Assembly: GCA_013416795.1 (NCBI GenBank)
Contig: RQSC01000029.1
Location: 512,250-576,249 of the forward strand
Source of the DNA: Prasinococcaceae sp. CCMP 1430
Taxonomy: Eukaryota > Plantae > Prasinodermophyta
Direction: 5' to 3'
Length of the DNA stretch: 64,000 nucleotides
Both the position numbers and the translations under genes were made by a program. The notes under the pieces are model-generated. The model worked only from the letters and a program-made list of their open reading frames with translations, made no database searches and was not told the DNA's origin. Positions 1 to 8,756 of this stretch are shown here, one piece after another (position 1 is the first letter of the stretch; each line of letters starts with the position of its first letter).

Positions 1-846
1 GCTCCGACTGGCGGCGCCGCTGAGATGAGTGCGCCGCTCGTGGGACCCACGTTCGACGTGGAGGGATCGAAGAGCCACCGCTTGGGCGAGCAACTGGCAT
101 CCCTCGAGGGGCTCCAGATGCGCGTTTCAAGCGACCGCAGCAAGATGTACTCGCTGGTGCTTGAAGACACGGAGGGTGCGCGCTATGCGGCGAGGTTCTA
201 CACGAAGCGCGGCTTTGCGACTGTGCGTATGCCAATGAGCGCGTTCAGACCCATGGACGACGCCGACGGCAACGATGTGCCCCCGCTCGGTAGCCGCCCG
301 CTGGCGCGCATCGCGCTGCGTTACGAGGCCACGGCTCGCCCCGGGACTCGCGGTGGTGTTGCACGCGAGGCGGCGCTGTCGGCGAGCTCCGACGAGCAGC
401 TGTACTTCGGGCTCAGCCTCCACTTTATCAAGGCTATGCCAGCGGTGGAGGAGCCTGACATCGTGCTTGTGTCATGCGCTGGGGCGGGCGTGGACGAGGA
501 GTCGCGTGAGGCGGTGGTCGCCGCCAAACAGATGGGCGAGGAATTCGTCAAGTCGAGCGGGCTGTGCTACACTGTGGTGAGGCCAGGGAAGCTCATCGAA
601 GAGCCCGGCAGCAACAAGGCTCTCATCTTCGACCAGGGCGACCGCGTTGACCAGCCCATCAGCTGCGCGGACGTCGCAGATGTTTGCCTCCGTGCTATGC
701 ACGACCCCGCCGCGGCTAACAAGGCGTTCGACGTTTCTTACGAGCGCGAGGAGTCCGACTCGGCGTATGAGCTGGTCGCTCATGTGCCGAGTACGAGCTC
801 GAGCTATCTCTCGACTGCACTCGGACCTCTGAAGAAGAACTACTAG
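1..846 (+). CDS. HCF173: HCF173-like plastid protein (CIA30 + NAD(P)-binding Rossmann/SDR), C-terminal part; 5' end lies outside the window
   Basis: Frame is open from base 1. The C-terminus YTVVRPGKLIEEPGSNKALIFDQGDRVDQPISCADVADVCLRAMHDPAAANKAFDV...YELVAHVP...LKKNY matches the plant HCF173 C-terminus as recalled. A TGTAA poly(A) signal lies at ~868. Confidence 0.85.
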   Translation, partial: APTGGAAEMSAPLVGPTFDVEGSKSHRLGEQLASLEGLQMRVSSDRSKMYSLVLEDTEGARYAARFYTKRGFATVRMPMSAFRPMDDADGNDVPPLGSRPLARIALRYEATARPGTRGGVAREAALSASSDEQLYFGLSLHFIKAMPAVEEPDIVLVSCAGAGVDEESREAVVAAKQMGEEFVKSSGLCYTVVRPGKLIEEPGSNKALIFDQGDRVDQPISCADVADVCLRAMHDPAAANKAFDVSYEREESDSAYELVAHVPSTSSSYLSTALGPLKKNY

Positions 847-878
847 AGCCAGCCGTGCGAGCATCATGTAAGGTCTCT

Positions 879-2188
879 ATGCGCCCATTTTGCAGGTCCA
901 GACCCCCGCCCAGTACAGCACCTCGCGCTGCTTGGAGGCTCCGAAGCGCTGTTCCAGACGCCCCGCGAGCGCGGCGTCCCTCCCTGATCTGAGTCGAGCC
1001 TTTTTTTTTTTTTCCTTCTCTCGGTTTTTTTCAACAAAGGCCGGGACCGCGTGGTCTCCTGCGCCACACAGCGCTCGGCGGGCACCGCCCTCGACGCTGG
1101 TGCCCCGATGGTGGCCCTGCGCAAGCTTCCCGGTCGCTCGCTCCTCTCTGTGACTGGCAGCGACGCGCGCGCGCTGCTGCGCGGCGTGCTTACTTGCGAC
1201 GTCGACCGGCTCGCCGGCGGCGATTCTAGTCCCGCCGAGGTGAACCGAGTTGAGTATGGTGCGCTTCTGAACAGCGCGGGGCGCGTGCTGTACGACGTCT
1301 TCCTGCACGGAGGGACGAAGGAGGTGGAAAAAGAGGCGGGTATGGGCGGCGTCATCGTCGAGTGTTCCGCCAACGCCGTGGACAGCCTCGCGGATGCGCT
1401 CAGGTGTGGAGCGCATTGCGAGCGCGAGAGTGCAGGGCGGAGGGTTTGGTTGCGCATCGCTCGGCGCTGACTGGCGCGGCGCGGCACACGCTCGCAGGCG
1501 CCGTACGATGCTTGCGGACGTGACTATCAAGTCCGTGCCCGCACGCCGGCTCGCCGTGGCCGCATCGTTTGCCTCTGATGGCGGAGATCCGGGTTTTAGC
1601 GATGTGCTGTGCAACGACCCCCGTGCAGCGGGCAGCGCCAGGCGCGGCGTTGTGCCAGCAGCGGCGGTCGATTACGCTGAGAGCTTCATGGACGGGGAAG
1701 GCTATCGCGCGTGGAGGTACGGACATGGCATGCCCTGCGGCCCGAGTGAGCTCCCCCCCGGTGTCCTCGGCGCTTTTGAGGTCAACTTGGACGCGCTTGG
1801 TGGGCTGCGCGCGTCGGGCGGCTTCGTGGGTGCCGACTACCTGCGTGAGCGCTCCTCGCGCAAGGGCGGCCGCGTCAAGCGCCGAGTGATGCCGGTGGTG
1901 ATTGAGGGTGAGGGCGCCGCCAAAGCTGCGGCAGGCGACGAGGTGGTTGTGGCAAGGCACGGGGGATTCGAGGGGGGGAACGGCGTAGGTCGGCTACTTG
2001 CCGCCGAGGATGGCCGCGGCCTCGCTTTGCTACGCTTGGATCGCGCGATGCCGGCCGCGCTGGAGGGGGCGCCGCCGCTGGAGAGCGCGTTGGGCCATGA
2101 TGAAAGCTGGTCCAAGGCCGACCCCAAGGTGGCGTTCACGGTGAAGCCGACTGTGCCCAGCTGGTGGCCGCGCGCATGGTACGAGTGA
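879..2188 (+). CDS. IBA57/CAF17/YgfZ-family (GCV_T-like) folate-binding protein with a degenerate signature motif
   Basis: Motifs RSLLSVTGSDARALLRGVLTCDV, YGALLNSAGRVLYDVFL, GELPPG...EVNLDALGG and RVKRRVMPV. Frame-consistent introns at 1404-1497 (GT..CAG, GCTGAC branch) and probably 976-1039. The ATG at 879 is inferred from phase-compatible splicing. Confidence 0.75.
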
Positions 2189-2236
2189 ATTCCTTACGGT
2201 CGAGGCGAACATACAGAGGGCGTCGGCGATGTAATA

Positions 2237-3559
2237 TCACAACATGGTTGCCTGTCGCGGCGCCTGCGTCGCCCCGCCGCCTCCGCTTGCCTCCAGCTGT
2301 TCCTCCTCCCCCGTCGAGGCTCGTCGCTGTTGTGCCGTGTGGCGTGCGGGCGCTGCTGGGTGCGTGCCACTGGCGGAGACGACCGGGGCGGCGGCCGACT
2401 GGGTCTTTGACGGGGCGTGGGTTGTGCCGTTTTCCCTCGGTGTTTGCGTTGCGCCGTTGCCATTCTCGCAATCTGCCGACGGCCCAGCGTAAGCTGGTGA
2501 CACACAGTCATCCTCGTCAGTCGCGACATCCACAAAGTCGCGATACTGCATGCTGAAGGTGTGGTCGGTGTCGCGCCACACGTCGTACACGCTGAGCATG
2601 TGCCACAGCGCCTTGAGCGGGGGCATGCGCGTGACGTTTCTGTTCCGGAAGTCTGAGGAGGGGTATGTGAACAGATTTGCCGCCGCGGCGAAGACGCACT
2701 CCAGCACGATGAGGAAGTCCTGCAACGAACGCACAAGCTCGTTGCGGGCATCCTGCTCATTGTCGGTATCAGCGGCGCCCACGGTGCCGCATGCGCTGAT
2801 CACGCCTGCCGTTGCCAGTATTGCCAAGATCTCCGCTTGGCACCAGGTCACAAAAATCACCAGCTTGATCATCACAAACTTGCCAACGGGATTAAAAGGC
2901 CTGAGGATGTGGGCAGAGGCAAAGTAGAAGAGGAGCAGCGCGTATAGTGCGACGCATATGCTGATGTTGTAGACAATGAGCCCGTACACGTAGAAGCACG
3001 AGAAGTCCAGGTGCCCTTCGCAGTACACGCCCACCGCGTAGGTCACGATGGAGGCGATCACGAGCAAGATGCGTACCACCACGAACTGCAGAACACCCTG
3101 CATGACGCGCCGCAGGAAGAGCCCATCGAGGCGCAGCGATCCGCAGCAGCACGTCCCCCACCACCAGCTTGCGGGGAATCTGTGGTCGTCGACGCGCCAG
3201 CGGTCGACGAGCATGGCTGCGCCTCCCATGTAAGCTAAGCAAAGGGCCACGAAATTGTAGAGAGCGTACGCCTCGTATACATCCCTAAGCGTGTCGCTGT
3301 AGAATGCCACCACAGGAAAGCACAGCGACACATAGGAGGCCACCGCGTACACGGGCGGCAACATGAAGATGCGCACGGCGTAGCGCTGCAGGCGCGGGCG
3401 CTCGTAGCGCATCAGGTGCGCGGCTACATTCGCCGCCGACAGCGTCACCGTCAGGGCCATTGCGGCGCCCGTGCCGCCCAGCGAGCCGGTCGAGCGCAGC
3501 CAGTCCCATGCGCATGGCTCCGCCGCGGGCGGCGGCGGGGGCGGCGGGACGGATGTCAT
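2237..3559 (-). CDS. TMEM184 / organic solute transporter alpha (Solute_trans_a) family membrane protein
   Basis: Motifs HLMRYERPRLQRYAVRIFMLPPVY, RDVYEAYALYNF, GVLQFVVVR, PVGKFVMIKLVIFVTWCQ and LQDFLIVLEC. Confidence 0.9.
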   Translation of the reverse strand: MTSVPPPPPPPAAEPCAWDWLRSTGSLGGTGAAMALTVTLSAANVAAHLMRYERPRLQRYAVRIFMLPPVYAVASYVSLCFPVVAFYSDTLRDVYEAYALYNFVALCLAYMGGAAMLVDRWRVDDHRFPASWWWGTCCCGSLRLDGLFLRRVMQGVLQFVVVRILLVIASIVTYAVGVYCEGHLDFSCFYVYGLIVYNISICVALYALLLFYFASAHILRPFNPVGKFVMIKLVIFVTWCQAEILAILATAGVISACGTVGAADTDNEQDARNELVRSLQDFLIVLECVFAAAANLFTYPSSDFRNRNVTRMPPLKALWHMLSVYDVWRDTDHTFSMQYRDFVDVATDEDDCVSPAYAGPSADCENGNGATQTPRENGTTHAPSKTQSAAAPVVSASGTHPAAPARHTAQQRRASTGEEEQLEASGGGGATQAPRQATML

Positions 3560-4383
3560 TGTCGGGCGCCGCGCGCAAGCACCACAGTCTACAGCACTAC
3601 ACTCGCGAGCTTAGGAGCTGGCGGCGGCACGCAGCCGCCGCCCCCTTCCCCTGACCCCTCCACACGCGCGCGTGCGCGCGCGCGCCTGTGGCGCGCGCTG
3701 AGCCGCGGGGGCTTCACCACGCCTGTCAGCCCCTCGCTCGTGCGCGCGCAAGCGCGCACGGCGGGCACGCGCCGCTCGTCGCAGTGTGCTTGCGCGCTGG
3801 TGCGTAATTGATTGGCGTCGCCGCAAAAACCTCGAAAACTGGACTTTTTTCTTTTTCTTTTTGCTCTGCGGCCCCATCATCATTCCGAATGCGCTCGACG
3901 CGCGGGCGGTCCTCTGCGGTCGCGCAATCGACCTCCCAGAAAGAGCGCCCGCTCGGAGTTCGTGGACCGGGGTGGTCGGTTGACCACTCCAGAGAGTGCC
4001 TCTTTTCCCCCCGTTCGAATCAGGGGACCGGGGTCAGGCACGCCGCACGTGTAGTCGGCTGGCAGCACTCCGAGCTGAACACCCGCCGTCGACGACTGAA
4101 CGGTCGTCAGTCAGCGCACGCTCGCATGCCAGCACCAGCGACCGACGGGGTTGCGGAGGCTGCGCAAGCGCGTGCTCAACTGGACGCGTGCACGCTAGCT
4201 AGAGGGCACGCGCGCGACACTTGCAAGGGGCGGGGGGAGAGGACGGAGGCGGCGACGAGGGCTGNCCGCACGCAGCGCGCAATGCGCACGATGTGCCGCG
4301 CGCGTGTGCATGGGGCCGCCCACGTACATCAAACAACCTCCTTACAAGTGCCGAGTGGCGTGCGCATCCGAGCGCCTTGCGTC

Positions 4384-6042
4384 TCAGGGCTCTCCCTTCT
4401 GATCCTCGCCGTCTTCGTCGGATTCCTCCTCCTCGTCCTCCTCTCCGCAGTAGTCATCTAGCGTGGGAAACGGGGGGATGGGATCCTCCAGGTAATCGAC
4501 GCCAAACTTCCAGGCGTGCCCTGAGGTGTCACTGCACCGCGTCTCCTCGGGCTTGATGAGGCAGGAATCGAGCGCCGCCTTGATGCTCGCAACCTTCATG
4601 TCCTGCCCGATGAAAACGATCTCCTGACGGCGGTCCTGGATCTCGGGTCCATCGAAGTCCTTGCGCATCTCCGCGTACTCCTCGGTCCCCTCTTCCGGCA
4701 GCGCGTCCTCAGGCATCTTGCATATCCACGGCCCGCCGCATGACAGCTCGCCGACGACACCAGACTGGCCCCACTCGCCGTACACATCATCGCGCCCCGC
4801 GATCCAGAAGAATCCCTTGCTCCGTAGGATCGTCCCAAACGCAGCCTTGCACGCCGCAATCCTTTCCGCGCACATCGCATCACGTTCCTCGCGCTCCAGC
4901 TGCGCCTCCTCTTGCTCCTTCTGCTTCCTTTCCTCCTCCGCGTCTTGCTTGGCCTCTATCCTCGCGACTTTCTTCGGCCTCTCATCTTCTTCTTCTTCAT
5001 TCTCATCAACCATCCGTGAAGGTAGAGGGCACACACCCTCCTCCTCCTCCTCCTCCTCCGGAATCAAAACCATGAAGTGCGACATAAGGAAGTCGTACAA
5101 ACGCTCAGGGTGAAATGGCGTCCTCGCTGAGTAGACGAAGCTGCCGATATTGTACACCTCCGTCTCCGGAACCACAGGCTCGCCGCGCATCGTCTGGAGC
5201 CACCCCGGGGAGTTGCTTGCTTTCGCCATTGAGAAGAGACCAGTCTTGAGCACCTCGTCAAGTGGCACGTCCCCGCGCGTCGTCCGCAACACGCGCGCGC
5301 ACGGGTTGAGCGCCCGCACCGACGCTTCCACAGTCGCCGCCTCTTTCTCGCTCACCAGGTCAGCTTTGTTCAGCACGACCACGTCTGCGAACTCAATCTG
5401 CGACATGAGGAGCGGTGCGACGCCGCGGTCGTCTCCCTCGTCGGCGCTGCCCTTGAATTGCTCCTGCAGTTCGGCGACGGTGTGCAGGTTTGCCCTGAAC
5501 GTCGCGCAGTCCACCACCGTGACGCACGTGTCGAGTCGCGCGACATCGTTGAGCTTCGCCGCACCGCGCAACGCCTCCTTCACCGCATTCGTGTCAATGG
5601 GTCCCCCCCTGGTGCCCTCGTCAGCTGGCTGTGCCTCCTCCTCACCCACTTCGTACGTGAAGGTCTCGGCCACCTCCTGCGGGTCGCTAACGCCCGTGGA
5701 CTCGACGACGATGGCATCGTACTTGTTCTCCGCCGCCAAATCCGTGAGGGCCTTCACCAGATCCTCACGCAACGTGCAGCAGATGCAGCCGTTGTGCAGC
5801 TCGACGAGCTTTGCCTCTTGCTGCATGAGCTTGGTGTTCTTCACCAGGCTGGCGTCGATGTTCAGCGCCGCCATGTCGTTCACCAGCACGGCGCACTTGA
5901 TGGGCTCCGCGCCGTCCGCGCCGCCGTGCGCCTGCGAGAGGATGCGCTTCAGCAGTGTCGTCTTGCCCGCGCCGAGGAAGCCCGAGAGGACCGTCACCGG
6001 CACGGCGGGCGCTGCCCCCGCCTCGCGCTGAGGCGCCCCCAT
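4384..6042 (-). CDS. COG0523 (CobW/ZNG1-family) G3E metallochaperone GTPase
   Basis: Motifs VPVTVLSGFLGAGKTT, ELHNGCICC (CxCC), VVESTGVSDP, QIEFADVVVLNKAD and CobW_C (LRSKGFFW, RRQEIVFIG). Likely ATG at 6042. Confidence 0.95.
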   Translation of the reverse strand: MGAPQREAGAAPAVPVTVLSGFLGAGKTTLLKRILSQAHGGADGAEPIKCAVLVNDMAALNIDASLVKNTKLMQQEAKLVELHNGCICCTLREDLVKALTDLAAENKYDAIVVESTGVSDPQEVAETFTYEVGEEEAQPADEGTRGGPIDTNAVKEALRGAAKLNDVARLDTCVTVVDCATFRANLHTVAELQEQFKGSADEGDDRGVAPLLMSQIEFADVVVLNKADLVSEKEAATVEASVRALNPCARVLRTTRGDVPLDEVLKTGLFSMAKASNSPGWLQTMRGEPVVPETEVYNIGSFVYSARTPFHPERLYDFLMSHFMVLIPEEEEEEEGVCPLPSRMVDENEEEEDERPKKVARIEAKQDAEEERKQKEQEEAQLEREERDAMCAERIAACKAAFGTILRSKGFFWIAGRDDVYGEWGQSGVVGELSCGGPWICKMPEDALPEEGTEEYAEMRKDFDGPEIQDRRQEIVFIGQDMKVASIKAALDSCLIKPEETRCSDTSGHAWKFGVDYLEDPIPPFPTLDDYCGEEDEEEESDEDGEDQKGEP

Positions 6043-6780
6043 CGCCCCTGACCCGTGCAAGCGCGCACACACGCCGAGGCTGCCGTCTGTTGCCCGCAGC
6101 GGCTGCGCCGCCGCGCGTCGCCGGCGCGCTCGCTCGGCCGCTCCGGAGCTCGCGTGCCGTCCTTCCCCCCCGCAGCGGCTCCTGGAGCGGGTGCGTTTCA
6201 TCAATCACGACGCGTTCGTCCGTTGGCGGCTGCGGCGGCTGGCTGCGCCCGCACTCGCGCGCGCCGCGCGTTTGGGGTTTAGGGAATTTCGCACCACCAC
6301 CCTTGCCCCGGTCTTCCCCTCGAAATCCAAATACATCGGGTGTGTCCAGCGCACCACTCCCGGTTCGTCGGTGTCCTCCGCGCTGGCTGCTCCCTGGCTG
6401 TCTGGCCCGCTGCGTGGCTCAATTGTTGGGAGCGTCCCCGGGGGCGGAGCCCCGCCCGCGCCGAGGCGGCCGGGGCGAGAGTGGGGAAAAGATCTGCGCC
6501 GCCGCGCGGCCGCGCCACGCGCGCGCGGTGTGGCCGCGCGCGCGCGCGCGCGCGCGCTCTTTTGCGCGCGTTTCGTTCCCCGCGCCGAAAACGCCGCCGA
6601 AAACGCGCGCCGCCGTTCCCGTTTCGCTGCCCGAGCCAAAACTTTTTTGTATGTGCGTGCACACACATTAGACGGTTTTGCGTCACGTGCGGCGCATATT
6701 TGTGGGTTTTGGGGGGGGTACGAACGGGGTCGAATTCGGGGCGGTTTCGCCGCGGGCGCGCGTTTCGCGCGCGCGGCCAG

Positions 6781-6808
6781 GGGTAGGGTTAGGGTTAGGG
6801 TTAGGGTT
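6781..6808 (+). repeat. Interstitial telomere-like (TTAGGG)n tract in a divergent promoter region
   Basis: Sequence GGGTAGGGTTAGGGTTAGGGTTAGGGTT. Confidence 0.9.
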
Positions 6809-7001
6809 GCGCCGGATTTGCGGTTTCTCGCGCGCGTTCGGCGGAGGGAGGGTCCGCGAGGCGAGGCGCGGGAGGGGGGGGGTTAAGGTTGGAGTCGCGC
6901 CGAATTTGAGGTTTGAGATGTGAGGTAGGGTTTATAGGTGATGCGGCGAGCGCCGTCGCATCGGCGCGCGGCGATCTAATGCTTTTTGATGGCGATCCTT
7001 T

Positions 7002-8081
7002 TTGATGGCGATGATCGGATGCTTTTTGACGTGGCTTCGAATGCGCGTCAAAACGCACGCGGCGGCTGGCGGCGGCGGCGGCGGGCCGATCGACACCCCA
7101 CCCCAGCCCCAGGCGGAACGATTTCGAAGGACGCTTTCCGCGGCTTTGCGGGAGTTGATGGTACAAATGCAATACAAAATNGCCGGCAGGCGACGCGGCC
7201 CGGCGCGCCGCGTTTGTGCGCGGGCGTCGGCCGCTGGGGGCGAGGCCGAGGGCGGGGCGGAAGATCTCGTCCCCCAGAGCGCGGAGGAGCTGCTGCGCCG
7301 CGCGCGGCGCCACAAGGAAGGCGCGGCCGGCGCAGACGATGCGAAGGCCTTCGAGGTGCTCGAGAAGGAACCGTCGACGTGGCGCGAGCTCGAGATGTGG
7401 GGCGAGCCGAAGGAGGTGTACGTGCTCGGCACCCAGACCGGGCTATTCACGCTGCGCACGCGGCGCGCCGACAACAAGCTCAAAAAGGAGCTCGGCAAGG
7501 TGCTCGGTGCGCGCTTCACGCGACGCGGCGAAAACCGCACGCCGCTCGCCGACAATGTCGCAGACCAGCCCAACGCCGGCACGGCGTTCAAGCCGCCCAT
7601 ACAGAACTACTCGCGCAAGACTGAGCCGCCGCGCCTGCCGAACCTCAACAAGGTCGTGCGCGTCTCCGACATCCGCCAAGGGGTTCTCGTATTTGAGGTG
7701 CGCCGCACCGCGCTCCGTATGCCGCCCGAGACGCCGAGAGGCGTGCCACCGCGCCCGCCTGCCACGCGAGGCGCCCGCGCACCGTCCTTGCGTCTGACGC
7801 CCGCCCGCTTGGCGCACAAATTTGTCGCTGCCAAATTCACCCAGGACGAGGAGGCGGCGGAGCATTATGCGAAGGCGATCGAGGACGAGGACATGGCCCC
7901 GCGAGGCGACGACGCGCTGTACGTTGCCGCGGTCCGCTCGGGCGAGCTCTTCGACGTCGTGCGCGAGAGCAAGCACCTCGCCGTTGTCTTCCGACGCGGC
8001 ACCGCGGCGCCCATCCCCTCGCCAAAGGACCTCAAGATGGAGCTCGTGTCCAAGGAGGACGGCTCCCTCGATGGCTTTTAA
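7002..8081 (+). CDS. DUF3110-like protein, probably plastid; 5' end uncertain
   Basis: EVYVLGTQTGLFTLR ... VLVFE|DEEAAEHYAKAIE after removing an in-frame intron at 7698-7844. Resembles the DUF3110 pattern VYVL..G..TL / VL.FE..DA.RYA. An ambiguous base lies at ~7180. Confidence 0.55.
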   Translation: MMAMIGCFLTWLRMRVKTHAAAGGGGGGPIDTPPQPQAERFRRTLSAALRELMVQMQYKXAGRRRGPARRVCARASAAGGEAEGGAEDLVPQSAEELLRRARRHKEGAAGADDAKAFEVLEKEPSTWRELEMWGEPKEVYVLGTQTGLFTLRTRRADNKLKKELGKVLGARFTRRGENRTPLADNVADQPNAGTAFKPPIQNYSRKTEPPRLPNLNKVVRVSDIRQGVLVFEVRRTALRMPPETPRGVPPRPPATRGARAPSLRLTPARLAHKFVAAKFTQDEEAAEHYAKAIEDEDMAPRGDDALYVAAVRSGELFDVVRESKHLAVVFRRGTAAPIPSPKDLKMELVSKEDGSLDGF

Positions 8082-8290
8082 GCGTGCCGGGCATACGTTG
8101 TGCGCGTGCGCCACATCGCTTGTGGCCGCGAGGCAGTGTGCATTTCCAGATTTCCAGCCAGGCGGCGTCGATTGCGGGCGGGCGGCACTCGCCGTGCTTC
8201 CCGCCACCCGGAGCCTCGGCTGCCCCCAGATCGCGTGTACGAATCACGGCACAGCCGTAAGTAATGTAATCACTGGCGTGCCTTCCATCT

Positions 8291-8527
8291 TTATCTTCTC
8301 ACCGCAGCAATACGTGCGTCCCCTGGTGGCAGCGCCGACAGAGAGCTTTCTCTTGGGTGGCAGATGTCCTCATTCGCTGTGAGCAGCTTGTTGCGTGCGT
8401 TGCGCCGCTGCCTGTGCTTGCGCTCGTGGTTGATGCTGCGCACCTGCTCAGAGGCCTCCAAGTCCACCAGCAGAGCGCGCTTGCTCTTGTCTCGTGGCCC
8501 TGTCAGCTCAGTGCGTGTGGCACGCAT
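8291..8527 (-). CDS. Small hypothetical protein (78 aa)
   Basis: ATG-initiated ORF with strongly GC3-biased, coding-like codons (GAG CTG ... AAG AGC AAG CGC GCG CTG CTG GTG GAC). No family recognised. Confidence 0.4.
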   Translation of the reverse strand: MRATRTELTGPRDKSKRALLVDLEASEQVRSINHERKHRQRRNARNKLLTANEDICHPRESSLSALPPGDARIAAVRR

Positions 8528-8756
8528 GCGGACGCCTCCGCTCTCCCTTCAGCGCTCGCGGGCGCCAGAGAGCTCTCTGAGCGCCCCAAACCCCTCCCAC
8601 ATTTTGAGGTTTTAATACATAGGGTCCACGATTTCAAAGTCCCCATCCGGAGGTCTCACAGCGCACGCCACGCACGCGGTGTGCGTCACACCTGCCGCCC
8701 GTGGAGGGCAGGCGGGCGGCGCCGCAGGGGGCGGGCGGGATTGGCAGGGGGATCAC

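Noticed and set aside
3964-4035. A canonical tRNA gene
   Set aside because: The T-stem has a mismatch and no acceptor, D or anticodon arms can be built. It is kept only as a low-interest structured element.
4384-6042. COG0523 lacking a His-rich tract as a novelty
   Set aside because: Acidic rather than His-rich insertions are within the known variation of this family.
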